Assembly (NCBI RefSeq): GCF_001548275.1
Contig: NZ_AP014945.1
Coordinates: 750,001 to 782,000, forward strand
Source: Caldimicrobium thiodismutans
GTDB taxonomy: Bacteria; Desulfobacterota; Thermodesulfobacteria; Thermodesulfobacteriales; Thermodesulfobacteriaceae
Length of the DNA stretch: 32,000 nt
Direction of reading: 5' to 3'
The notes under the pieces were generated by a model. That model ran no database searches. It worked only from the letters and a program-made list of their open reading frames with translations, and was not told where the DNA came from. This document shows, in pieces, positions 15,512-24,788 of this stretch. Each line of letters begins with the position of its first letter. Within the stretch, counting starts at the first letter, position 1. The position numbers were made by a program, and so were the translations under genes.

Positions 15512-16234
15512 GTGTTTAAAAAAATCTTAGCGGAAATCAAAGGGTTTACTCCTGAAGATCTTACCGCTTTTCTTGCTCTGGATTTAGCCCAAAATTTAAA
15601 AGCCTCCCTTTATTTTCTTGTCACCTATGAAAAAGAGGAAGAATTGGCTAAGGCTGAAACCTTTTTAAATGGACTTCTTGTCAAAGCTGAGGAAAGAAAT
15701 TTAAAAGTAGAGGCCCATTTCAAAAAAGAAGTGGGGCTGAAAGATCTTACCGAAATTCTTAAAAAGGAAAAAATTGAGCTTGCCTTTCTTCCACTTAGAG
15801 ATCTGAAAAAGAGCTTGAAACTACCCACAAACCTTGCTCTGGTAAAATTTGTCCATCTTGGTAGACTCTCTCCTAAAAGAATCTTGATTATTTTAGAAGA
15901 AAATTTTAAAGCCCTTAAAAATTACGAGAATTTTTTAAAAGCCCTTTTAAAAACCTATCCCCATAAAAGGGTATATATCATCTCTATTGGCAAAGATAAA
16001 AAATTTAGTGCATTAAGAGAATTTCTAAAAAAACAGCCTTCTCCTCATGAGTGGGAAGCTTGGATGGTTTTATCACTTAAAAAACTTATTTTTAAAATTC
16101 TTTCTAAAAGAATAGATTTTATTATTTTTCCAGTAGAAAGTCTTCCATTCTGGCAGATAAAGAAAAGGAGATTTGTTAAAAATTTGATAGGAAAGAGCCC
16201 CTGTAACCTTATAATTTTTAAGCCGGGAATTTAA
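15512..16234 (+). CDS. hypothetical protein, possibly a universal-stress-protein-like alpha/beta fold
   Basis: 240-aa ORF with a GTG start. It is packed tightly between the regulator and the ATPase: a 3-nt gap upstream and none downstream. Alternating hydrophobic strand and charged helix pattern; no catalytic motif recognised. Confidence 0.45.
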   Translation: MFKKILAEIKGFTPEDLTAFLALDLAQNLKASLYFLVTYEKEEELAKAETFLNGLLVKAEERNLKVEAHFKKEVGLKDLTEILKKEKIELAFLPLRDLKKSLKLPTNLALVKFVHLGRLSPKRILIILEENFKALKNYENFLKALLKTYPHKRVYIISIGKDKKFSALREFLKKQPSPHEWEAWMVLSLKKLIFKILSKRIDFIIFPVESLPFWQIKKRRFVKNLIGKSPCNLIIFKPGI

Positions 16235-18820
16235 GTGCGGATTAACGAGCTTTCTTCTGAAGAAGTTTTCAGGGTTTTAAGAACAACTTCAGAAGGACTA
16301 AGTGAAGAAGAGGCCAGAAGAAGGCTTATTCAGTTCGGTTATAATGAAATTAAGGAGACCCGTAAGTATGTTCTTTTAAAAAAGTTCATATCTCAGTTCA
16401 CTCATTTTTTAGCTCTTATCCTCTGGATAGGGGCTTTTTTGGCCTTTCTTGCTGATTATCTTCAGCCTGGTGAGGGCATGCGCCATCTTGGCTTTGCTAT
16501 TCTCACCGTTATTCTCATCAATGCTATCTTTGCCTTTTTTCAGGAATACAAAGCAGAAAAGTCCTTAGAAAAATTAAAGGAGCTTTTACCCTCCTATATC
16601 AGAGTGATAAGAGATGGAAAAGAAAGAGAAATCTCCGTAAGAGAAATAGTGCCAGGTGATCTCCTTCTTCTTTATGAGGGAGATAAGGTTCCTGCAGATG
16701 CAAGAGTTATTGAGGCTTATGCTTTAAGCCTTGATAAATCCCATTTAACAGGAGAAGCCAATCCCCTTTTTCTAATTACTGAGCCCTTTAAGGGGGAGCT
16801 CTTTCAAAGCCCCAATATAGCCTTTGCAGGCTCAACAGTTCTTTCAGGATGGGGAAAAGCTGTTGTCTTTGCCACAGGCTCTCAGACTGAATTTGGTAGA
16901 ATTGCCCGTCTTACCGAGACTGTAAAGATCGAAAAAACGCCTCTCCAAAAAGAAATTTCCAAAACCTCTCGTCTTATTGCCCTTTTTGCAACCTCTATAG
17001 GTCTTATTTTTTTTCTCATAGGTCATTTTCTTGAAAAGAGTTTTTGGGAAAATTTTACCTTTGCCATCGGAGTAATTGTAGCCCTTGTTCCAGAAGGTCT
17101 TCTGCCTACTGTTACCCTTTCCTTAGCCATGGTAAGTCAGCGGATGCTTAAAAGGAAAGCCCTGGTTAAAGTGCTCACCGCTGTTGAAGGATTGGGAAGC
17201 GTGTCTGTTATTTGCACGGATAAAACAGGAACCTTAACCCAGAATAAAATGGAAGTCAGGGACCTCTGGATTTTTGATGAAAAAGCCTTCCCTATGTTCT
17301 TAAAAATTGCCCTGCTCTGTAACAATACTAAAGAAATGGAAGGAGAATTAAAGGGAGATCCCACAGAAGTTGCTCTTTACAAATTTGCTAAAACTTATTT
17401 AAAGGAGACACCCTCTGAGCGTCTTTCAGAAATTCCTTTTGACCCCATTCGCAAGAGAATGACCACTCAAAACAAACTTGATGAAGGCCTCCTTTTTTTA
17501 ACCAAGGGAGCAACAGAAGGAATCTTACCTCTCTGCACCCATGCTTTGATCTCTGGAAAAAAGGTTAAGTTAGATGAAAAGTTGAGGGAAGAGATTTTGA
17601 AAAATTACGAATCCCTTATGGAAAAAGGGCTCCGCGTGTTAGCTCTGGCTTTCTCCGAAGCCGAACCTGAAAAGGATATGACCTTTGTGGGATTAATAGG
17701 ACTTGAGGATCCCCCTCGACCGGAGGTCAAAGAAGCCATAAGAAAATGCAAGGAAGCAGGAATAAGGATTATTCTTGTCACAGGAGATGCCTCAAAAACA
17801 GCCCTTGCCATTTCAAGAGAAATAGGTCTTGCATCAAATCCTGTAATCATTGAAGGCGAAGAATTTCATAAAATGACTGATGAAGAGTTAAAGGAAAAAT
17901 TAAAGGCAAAAGAAATCCTTTTTACTCGTATGTCTCCAAAGGATAAACTTCGCATTGTTACTCTTCTTCAGGAACTGGGAGAAAGGGTCGCGGTAACTGG
18001 AGATGGGGTTAACGATGCTCCTGCTATTAAAAAAGCAGACATTGGAATTGCCATGGGAAGCGGAACTGAGGTAGCCAAAGAGGTAAGTTCCATTATTCTC
18101 TTAGATGACAATTTTGCAACCATTGTCAGTGCCATTGAAGAAGGGAGAGGAGTTTACGAAAATATTAAAAAATTTTTGGCCTATTTTTTAACCTCTAATG
18201 TTGCTGAACTTGTGCCTTATATACTTTATGCCTTTTATCGATTGCCCCTTCCCTTGACCATCATGCAAATTCTTGCCATTGACCTTGGAACTGACATTTT
18301 ACCCGGGCTTGCCCTTGGCATAGAAAAACCAACTGGTGAGGAAATGAAAAAACCACCAAGAAGTCCAAAGGAAAAACTCTTCAGTCTTCTTTTAATCTTG
18401 AGAGTGTGTCTCCTTCTTGCCCCCTTTGAGGTCATAGCTGGTTTATTCGGATATTTTTATGTTTTATATACTGGGGGATGGAGCTTGGGAACCTTGCTTG
18501 AGCCTACCAATCTCCTTTATCAACAGGCAACCACAGCCTGCCTAACAGGAATTGTTCTCACTCAAATTGGAAATGTAATGGCCTGCAGAACCTTTAGGAC
18601 TCCTGTTTTGAAAATTGGTCTATTTTCAAATCCCTTTCTTTTGATAGGGATTCTTTTTGAGGTTTTTCTTCAGCTCTTTATTGTCTATCATCCCTTAGGG
18701 CAAAAGATCTTCTCAACCTATGCCCTACCCCTTCACATCTGGTTGATTTTATTCCCCTTTGCCCTTGCTCTTTTTATAACTACAGATTTATCGAAATACT
18801 TAATGTCTAAAAAATTCTAA
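16235..18820 (+). CDS. P2-type (Ca2+/Mg2+-like) cation-transporting P-type ATPase
   Basis: Cation_ATPase_N-like start (LSSEEVFRVLRTTSEGLSEEEARRRLIQFGYNE). Also TGEA, PEGLLP in M4, the phosphorylation site ICTDKTGTLT, TGDASKTA, and the hinge VTGDGVNDAPAIKKADIGIAMG. About 10 TM helices. Confidence 0.9.
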   Translation: MRINELSSEEVFRVLRTTSEGLSEEEARRRLIQFGYNEIKETRKYVLLKKFISQFTHFLALILWIGAFLAFLADYLQPGEGMRHLGFAILTVILINAIFAFFQEYKAEKSLEKLKELLPSYIRVIRDGKEREISVREIVPGDLLLLYEGDKVPADARVIEAYALSLDKSHLTGEANPLFLITEPFKGELFQSPNIAFAGSTVLSGWGKAVVFATGSQTEFGRIARLTETVKIEKTPLQKEISKTSRLIALFATSIGLIFFLIGHFLEKSFWENFTFAIGVIVALVPEGLLPTVTLSLAMVSQRMLKRKALVKVLTAVEGLGSVSVICTDKTGTLTQNKMEVRDLWIFDEKAFPMFLKIALLCNNTKEMEGELKGDPTEVALYKFAKTYLKETPSERLSEIPFDPIRKRMTTQNKLDEGLLFLTKGATEGILPLCTHALISGKKVKLDEKLREEILKNYESLMEKGLRVLALAFSEAEPEKDMTFVGLIGLEDPPRPEVKEAIRKCKEAGIRIILVTGDASKTALAISREIGLASNPVIIEGEEFHKMTDEELKEKLKAKEILFTRMSPKDKLRIVTLLQELGERVAVTGDGVNDAPAIKKADIGIAMGSGTEVAKEVSSIILLDDNFATIVSAIEEGRGVYENIKKFLAYFLTSNVAELVPYILYAFYRLPLPLTIMQILAIDLGTDILPGLALGIEKPTGEEMKKPPRSPKEKLFSLLLILRVCLLLAPFEVIAGLFGYFYVLYTGGWSLGTLLEPTNLLYQQATTACLTGIVLTQIGNVMACRTFRTPVLKIGLFSNPFLLIGILFEVFLQLFIVYHPLGQKIFSTYALPLHIWLILFPFALALFITTDLSKYLMSKKF

Positions 18821-18964
18821 AATTTTTAAAAGTTATATCTACATATTTTTATTTCAAAATTAGAGCGTTAGCTCAGAATAATGTGGAAAAAATAGTCACC
18901 AGATTTTTTTTTATATAACTATTATTTTAATTGGGATCAATTTCAAAGAGGGAGGTAAAAAAAA

Positions 18965-20182
18965 ATGAATTTCAGGAATGAAAAAGCTAAAGTATTAGCC
19001 CTTTTAGAAGTTCAATTTGAATCTCCTCTTGCAAGACATCAAGATATTTACTTTTGTGACATCAATGTCTGGCGAGAAGCTGATTTACTTCCATCCCCCT
19101 TTAAAGAACTTGTCAAAGATGGAGAACCTGGGGCAAAAGCTACACTTGAAGTCTCTGGCAAAGATTTTTTCAACTATAAAGATGCCTGTGTTTATGATGT
19201 AAAAAAATATCAGTTTAAGCCCCCAAGGAAACTGGTTGATCCAAAACTTCGCTTAGGTAGATTTTATCCTTTAGGCTTTTTTAGGGAGCTTCCGGGAATC
19301 TATGAAGGTAATCCCTATCCAGGGAGAATAATCTTTGTTGATGATGCAAGGGAAGAATTCAAACTTGATGCCAATCACCCTCTTGGTATTTTTGAAAATT
19401 TAAAATTTATTATGACCATCCTTGAAGTTCAACCCAAATCCTCTGAACTTGGTGGACGATGCAGAGATTATTGGGAATTAGCTTTCAGGATTGGTCCTGG
19501 CATGCAAGCAAGATACGATAGAATAGTGACAGATTTTGGTCTTGATGAGAAAGAGAGCTTTACACGATTTGATGAAACACCAGATACTGAATTCTACAGG
19601 GAACCCCGATTTTTACCTCATATTGATAGATGTTCTCATAATAATCTAATAAATTTTTATTCTACTCATTTAAAAGGAAAGAAAATTCTTGATCTAATGA
19701 GTAGCTTTGAATCCCATTTATCTGAAGGAGATTTTGAAGTAATTGGACTTGGATTAAATAAAGAGGAACTGAAAGCAAATCCCAAGCTTAAAGATTTTGT
19801 GATAAAGGACATAAACGCTGATCCCCTTTTACCTTTTCAAAATGAGGAGTTTGATGCAGTTGTATGTGATCTCTCGATTGAATATTTAATCCATCCAATA
19901 CAAGTTCTTAAAGAGATAAATCGTATTCTTAAACCTAAAGGTCAGATTTTCTTTAGTTTTTCCAATAGATATTTTCCGCCCAAGGTTATAAAACTCTGGA
20001 TAGATCTTCAGGATTTTGAAAGAATGGGCTATGTGCTTGAGCTTTTCAATCAGGTTCAGGGTTTTACAAATCTTAGAACTTATAGTCTTAGAGGATTTCC
20101 CCGTCCAAAAGAGGATAAATGGGCCTATTTAACCTCTCTTTCAGACCCTCTTTATATAGTCTGGGCAGAAAAGGGAGGTTAG
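18965..20182 (+). CDS. fusion of a SlyD-like FKBP/IF-type domain with a class I SAM-dependent methyltransferase
   Basis: The N-terminal half ends in YPGRIIFVDDAREEFKLDANHPLGIFENLKFIMTILEV. This resembles the IF-domain plus last FKBP strand of SlyD, as I recall it (...VVVDGNHMLAGQNLKFNVEVV). The C-terminal half has FYREPRFLPHID, ILDLMSSFESHL and VVCDLSIEYLIHPIQVLKEINRILKPKGQIFFSFSN, which is Methyltransf_11-like. Confidence 0.65.
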   Translation: MNFRNEKAKVLALLEVQFESPLARHQDIYFCDINVWREADLLPSPFKELVKDGEPGAKATLEVSGKDFFNYKDACVYDVKKYQFKPPRKLVDPKLRLGRFYPLGFFRELPGIYEGNPYPGRIIFVDDAREEFKLDANHPLGIFENLKFIMTILEVQPKSSELGGRCRDYWELAFRIGPGMQARYDRIVTDFGLDEKESFTRFDETPDTEFYREPRFLPHIDRCSHNNLINFYSTHLKGKKILDLMSSFESHLSEGDFEVIGLGLNKEELKANPKLKDFVIKDINADPLLPFQNEEFDAVVCDLSIEYLIHPIQVLKEINRILKPKGQIFFSFSNRYFPPKVIKLWIDLQDFERMGYVLELFNQVQGFTNLRTYSLRGFPRPKEDKWAYLTSLSDPLYIVWAEKGG

Positions 20183-20187
20183 AGGTA

Positions 20188-21606
20188 ATGAAAAAATGTA
20201 TGGTGATAGGCGGTGGAATAGCTGGTGTTCTCTCAGCGAGGATAATGGAATTGCTTGAAAGGGAGGTTATTCTTATAGAGGCTGGGCCAAGGCTTGGCGG
20301 TTGTGCTGGAACCTTTGAAAGAAACCACCTAAAATACAATATAGGGGCAACAACCATTCCTTCCCTTATACCCGATTTTCCCCTTAAACGTCTCCTTGAT
20401 CTTGTCAATAATTCTCCCCTTGAGTTAGCTGAAGTTCATCTAATCAATCCCCCTATCTTAATTCATAACAATGGTAAGACTATAGCTCGATTCATGAGCC
20501 CTGATGAGGACCTTGAGGAGTGGCAAAGAGCTTTCCCTACACTCAAAGGCCACAAAAAATTTCTAAATCTCTCCTATCAGATTACAAATACTCTTTTAAA
20601 ATCAAATTTTTATTTAAACAATAACAATATTTTAACAAAAACTAAAACAATTTTAAAAAATATGCCCATATACCTAAAGATTGCTCCTTATTTTTATAAA
20701 CCAGCTTCAGCTCTTATTAGGGAATTATATGGACAAGAAATATCTGATGAATTTTACTATTTTCTTGAGGCACAAGTTATGATTACCATTCAAACCTCAC
20801 TCAAAGAGACCTCTGCCCTTGGACTGCTCCTTGCCATAGGGTATTCCTATACCGGGGTGGGTAAAGCTAATGGGGGAACTGGAAAATTTATCGAGGCTAT
20901 AGCCTTACCCACAAACTTTTTTTTAAATGAAAAGGTCTTAAAAATCAAAAAAATTAAAAATTCTTTCTTAATTAAAACTCAAAATGAAACCTACCATGCA
21001 GATGAGATCATTCTTGCTTTTCCCTTTCTGGAAAACCTTGAAATCTTTGAAGATAATGATTTTCTAAAATATTTCAATAAATATCGTAGTCTTTTATCAC
21101 CATATTCAGCCTTTGTATGTTATGGAAAATATATGGGATCAACCATTGATCCTTCTCCCTCTCATTTAATTATTCTACCTGAGACTATGAAAAATAACTA
21201 CTTTTCAGGATATCTTTTTCTCTCCTTCCTTAATCACAGTAATATAAGAACTTTCACTTTATCCACGCATGTTCCAATTTCCAAATTGAGAGATTTTTAC
21301 TCATCTAAAAATTTTTGCGAAAATTTAAAAAAACAATTTATTAACTATCTTTGTGAAACTTTTGGAGAAAGAGAAGAAAACTTTACAGAGGTTTTTTATG
21401 CTACTCCCCTTACTTTTAAAAAATATTTAAACAAAATCCATCTTGGTGGAATCCCCTTTAAAATGGAAAACCATCCTTTTAAAATTCCCGGAAATATCAC
21501 TCCTTTTAAAGGTTTATTTCTTGTAGGAGAACACTCTTTTGCATATCAGGGGTGGTTGGGAATCTCAGTAGGTATATTAAATTTATATGAACATTTAAGA
21601 AGTTAA
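20188..21606 (+). CDS. FAD/NAD(P)-dependent oxidoreductase, phytoene-desaturase (CrtI/CrtD)-like
   Basis: MKKCMVIGGGIAGVLSA...LIEAGPRLGG is a Rossmann dinucleotide motif. The C-terminal LFLVGEHSFAYQGWLGISVG is typical of the amine-oxidase/CrtI superfamily. ATG 20188, with GGGAGG 9 nt upstream, is preferred over track start 20119, which overlaps the previous gene. Confidence 0.7.
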   Translation: MKKCMVIGGGIAGVLSARIMELLEREVILIEAGPRLGGCAGTFERNHLKYNIGATTIPSLIPDFPLKRLLDLVNNSPLELAEVHLINPPILIHNNGKTIARFMSPDEDLEEWQRAFPTLKGHKKFLNLSYQITNTLLKSNFYLNNNNILTKTKTILKNMPIYLKIAPYFYKPASALIRELYGQEISDEFYYFLEAQVMITIQTSLKETSALGLLLAIGYSYTGVGKANGGTGKFIEAIALPTNFFLNEKVLKIKKIKNSFLIKTQNETYHADEIILAFPFLENLEIFEDNDFLKYFNKYRSLLSPYSAFVCYGKYMGSTIDPSPSHLIILPETMKNNYFSGYLFLSFLNHSNIRTFTLSTHVPISKLRDFYSSKNFCENLKKQFINYLCETFGEREENFTEVFYATPLTFKKYLNKIHLGGIPFKMENHPFKIPGNITPFKGLFLVGEHSFAYQGWLGISVGILNLYEHLRS

Positions 21607-21613
21607 ACTAAAA

Positions 21614-22630
21614 ATGAGAAATTTAGAACTCAAAATTTCTATTAAAGACTGGCTATTCATTCTCTTTCTTTCAGTGGCTTTTTCTGGTCTAAATTCATGT
21701 TTAATATATTTTTTACTCCAGGATGACATCTTGATTGGGATTAAAATTGGAATAATTCTTGGATTAATACTTGGATTATTTTCCTTTGGATTTGTAACAA
21801 TCAACAATTATTATCTTCTCACAAGAATTAAAAATTCAATTGCCTGGTGGATCCTTTCAGCCATGGCCTCCTTTCTTGCTGGTTTTTTAGGTTTTTTAAC
21901 AAGCTTTGTAGTAGTTGACACCCTCAATTTACCGATTCCCCAAACTATAAAATCCTATCCAATAAAAGTTGCAACTATCATCGGAGTTCTTAATTATCTT
22001 ACAGGACTTTTAGTCTTTCTCTTTGTAAGAATGGGAAAGAAAAAGGATGAAATAGAAAAATTTTTGCTATCCTCCCAAATTCAAAGCACAAGCAAAGTTA
22101 TTGAATCTCACTTTCTTGTCAATACCCTCAATAACATTATTGAATTAATCCATAAAGATCCTCATCAAGCTGAAAATTATCTAATTGCTCTTACAAAATT
22201 TCTGAGAGAAATAATCAAAATGAAGCCCCTTATTACCCTTGAAGATGAATTAGATATTATAAGAAAATATATTCACCTTGAAAATTTAAGAAAAAGAGGC
22301 AGAATAAAATTTTCAGAGGAAATCAAGGAAGATGCTTTAAAAAAGGCCCTACTTCCTAAACTCAGTCTACAGGTTCTTGTGGAAAATGCTATACATCATG
22401 GATATGATGGACAAAGAGAGTTAAATATTAAACTTATATGCAAAAGGGTGCATAAAAAACTTTCTCTAACTCTTATTAATGATGGGCTACCTATAAAAGA
22501 GTTTGAGAAAAAAATAGGTCTAAAAACTCTTGAAAAAAGAATTCAACTCTATGGTGGAACCTTTAAAATTGAATCGTATAATCCTGTTAGCTTTATTATA
22601 GAACTTCCCTTACAATTTCATCATGAGTGA
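21614..22630 (+). CDS. LytS/YehU-family sensor histidine kinase
   Basis: About 4-5 N-terminal TM helices. H-box ESHFLVNTLNNIIELI (His_kinase PF06580 type). N-box LQVLVENAIHHG. It overlaps the downstream response regulator by 8 nt. Confidence 0.85.
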   Translation: MRNLELKISIKDWLFILFLSVAFSGLNSCLIYFLLQDDILIGIKIGIILGLILGLFSFGFVTINNYYLLTRIKNSIAWWILSAMASFLAGFLGFLTSFVVVDTLNLPIPQTIKSYPIKVATIIGVLNYLTGLLVFLFVRMGKKKDEIEKFLLSSQIQSTSKVIESHFLVNTLNNIIELIHKDPHQAENYLIALTKFLREIIKMKPLITLEDELDIIRKYIHLENLRKRGRIKFSEEIKEDALKKALLPKLSLQVLVENAIHHGYDGQRELNIKLICKRVHKKLSLTLINDGLPIKEFEKKIGLKTLEKRIQLYGGTFKIESYNPVSFIIELPLQFHHE

Positions 22631-23327
22631 TTTAAAAATTTTAATAGCAGATGACGAGCACCTTGCCCTGGAAAGACTTGAAAGACTTCTTAATAAACTT
22701 GGATTTGAAGAAATTCTAAAGGCTGAAAACGCCTATCAAGCCAAAAAAATCCTTCAGAACCATCCAGATATTGATATTGTCTTTCTTGATATAAAAATGC
22801 CTGGAAAAGATGGGCTTGAACTTGCCAGAGAATTTCTTAACCTCAGAGAAGATTTAATCGTTATAATACAAACTGCTTATGAAGAATACGCCCTTGGAGC
22901 CTATCAAAGTGGTGCCATAGGCTATCTAATAAAACCCTATACACTCGAAGATCTTGGAAAAGTTATAAATAGAATTAAAAGCCTTATAAAATTGCATAAA
23001 AGAATCCTTGTTTTAGATAAAAAATTTAATTTGCAAAGTTTAAGTATTAATCAAATATATTACATAAAAGCTGATCTCAAACATAGTCTTGTGCGCACAA
23101 AGGAGGGTTTTTATAAATGTATAGCAAGTATTGGAGAACTTGAAATGAAACTGAAAAAACATGGTTTCTTCAGAATACACAAATCCTTTTTAATAAATTT
23201 AAGTAAAGTATCAAAAATTGAACCCAAAGAGTTTGGAAAACTCTCTTTCTATTTTGAAGATATCAATGAAAGTATCCTTTCCAGCAAAAGTGGTGCTAAG
23301 GCTTTTAGAGAAATTCATAAGATCTAA
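22623..23327 (+). CDS. LytTR-family response regulator (REC + LytTR DNA-binding domain)
   Basis: REC domain: KILIADDEHLA...IVFLDIKMPGKDGLELA...GAIGYLIKP. The C-terminal part, IYYIKADLKHSLVRTKEGFY...FFRIHKSFLINLSKV, is LytTR. Confidence 0.9.
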   Translation: MSDLKILIADDEHLALERLERLLNKLGFEEILKAENAYQAKKILQNHPDIDIVFLDIKMPGKDGLELAREFLNLREDLIVIIQTAYEEYALGAYQSGAIGYLIKPYTLEDLGKVINRIKSLIKLHKRILVLDKKFNLQSLSINQIYYIKADLKHSLVRTKEGFYKCIASIGELEMKLKKHGFFRIHKSFLINLSKVSKIEPKEFGKLSFYFEDINESILSSKSGAKAFREIHKI

Positions 23328-23333
23328 ATTCAT

Positions 23334-24719
23334 TTAGGAGGATAGCCATTTTTTAAGATAAAGGGAGAGAGATTTTTTTCTCTTTAAAGCAAATTCTGAA
23401 AAAGGCCTTACTTTTCCCAGAATCTCTCTTTCCGTGAAGGGATGATCAAATGCTCCAAAACACCATGCAACTCCAAGATAGGTATTAGGATCCTCTCCAT
23501 CCAGGGCATATTTATTGTTAAGATATAATGCAATCTTAAAGGCATTTTCAGGTGTATCTGTCCAAAAAAGAAGCCTTTTACACCAATACATTCGCATATA
23601 ATTGTGGATCTTTCCCTTTCTTAAAAGTTCAATTTGAGAGGCCCTCCAGTATATATTATCAACTTCAGCTTTTTCTAATTCCGTTAGAGTATATTTTTTC
23701 TCTCTTGGATCTTTCATATGACTAATAAGGGTTTTTCTTGCCCATTCTGGAAGACCAGAAAAAGAATCATAATTATCATTGTAAAGGCAAAAATTTCTCG
23801 CAAGTTCTCTCCACACAACAAGCTCATTAAAGAAACTTTTAACATTATCATCAGTCATTAACCTGACTTCAAAAATTTTTTTTAAAATTTCAATGGGGCT
23901 TATTTGCCCGTATCTCAAATAGGGACTAAGATTACTTTCACACTCATACCCAGGTTCACTTCTTAATTCTCTGTAATAGGGTAGTTTTTCCCTCACAAAT
24001 ACCTCAAGCTTTTTTATAGCCTCAGAATAACCACCTTGAAAATGCTCTCTGACTGGTGGAACCCTTAAATCTACTTCCAGATCTCTACATAATTCCAATA
24101 ATTTATGCTCTTTTTTCAAAAGCTCTTCTATATTAAGACATTCTTCATCCATTTCATAGGAACCAAAAGGAGCCTCAGGAAGGGTAAAATCCTCAAAAAA
24201 ATTTATCCAGTTTTTGAGAATTTTTGGCCTTAAATTTCTGGCATAAAGCTCTTCTTTTTGGGAGATAAAAGTCACTGGAACAAGAACATTGCCCTCAACA
24301 AGAATCATAGGTTTTTGAGTTATTTTGGCTATTCTTTCAATAAAAAACCTTTCTCCTTTAAGATAAGGAAAATCTGTAACAATCAAAACTGCTCGCTTTG
24401 AAGCCGCAGAAACCACTGAAAAAGGATCTCCTACTTTTACTATCAGTTCCAGATTATATCTTTTCAGATCTCTTTCAAAATCTAAGAGTCCTTCAAAAAG
24501 AAAAATAATGTGTGACTGAGTTGAAGTAACAAAATTTTTATAGAGGGGATATAGGATTAAGAGAGGTTTTTTAAAACTTGTTGCCTCTTCAATTGCCTTT
24601 TTTAAAGTAAAATTGTAACTAACTCTATGACTTGCTAAAGGAACATATAGAACATAATCACCATGTAAAGCTACTCCTTTATTCAAGTAAATATATCTCT
24701 TATTTTCCATAGAGCTCAT
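23334..24719 (-). CDS. phr: class II CPD photolyase (deoxyribodipyrimidine photo-lyase)
   Basis: Strong resemblance to class II enzymes: LSPYLRYGQISP, ELVVWRELARNFCLYN, WRASQIELLRKGKIHNYMRMYWCKRLLFW, NKYALDGEDPNTYLGVAWCFG. Confidence 0.85.
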   Translation of the reverse strand: MSSMENKRYIYLNKGVALHGDYVLYVPLASHRVSYNFTLKKAIEEATSFKKPLLILYPLYKNFVTSTQSHIIFLFEGLLDFERDLKRYNLELIVKVGDPFSVVSAASKRAVLIVTDFPYLKGERFFIERIAKITQKPMILVEGNVLVPVTFISQKEELYARNLRPKILKNWINFFEDFTLPEAPFGSYEMDEECLNIEELLKKEHKLLELCRDLEVDLRVPPVREHFQGGYSEAIKKLEVFVREKLPYYRELRSEPGYECESNLSPYLRYGQISPIEILKKIFEVRLMTDDNVKSFFNELVVWRELARNFCLYNDNYDSFSGLPEWARKTLISHMKDPREKKYTLTELEKAEVDNIYWRASQIELLRKGKIHNYMRMYWCKRLLFWTDTPENAFKIALYLNNKYALDGEDPNTYLGVAWCFGAFDHPFTEREILGKVRPFSEFALKRKKSLSLYLKKWLSS

Positions 24720-24788
24720 AGTTGCATTATGATTTACAAATAAAGAAAATTGATTCTAATTTTTTCCACTTAATTACTATTGAATTTT

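Noticed and set aside
18861-18885. tRNA-like D-arm string gcgttagctcag in the ATPase / methyltransferase intergenic region
   Set aside because: No acceptor stem, anticodon arm or T-arm (GTTCRANNC) can be built around it.
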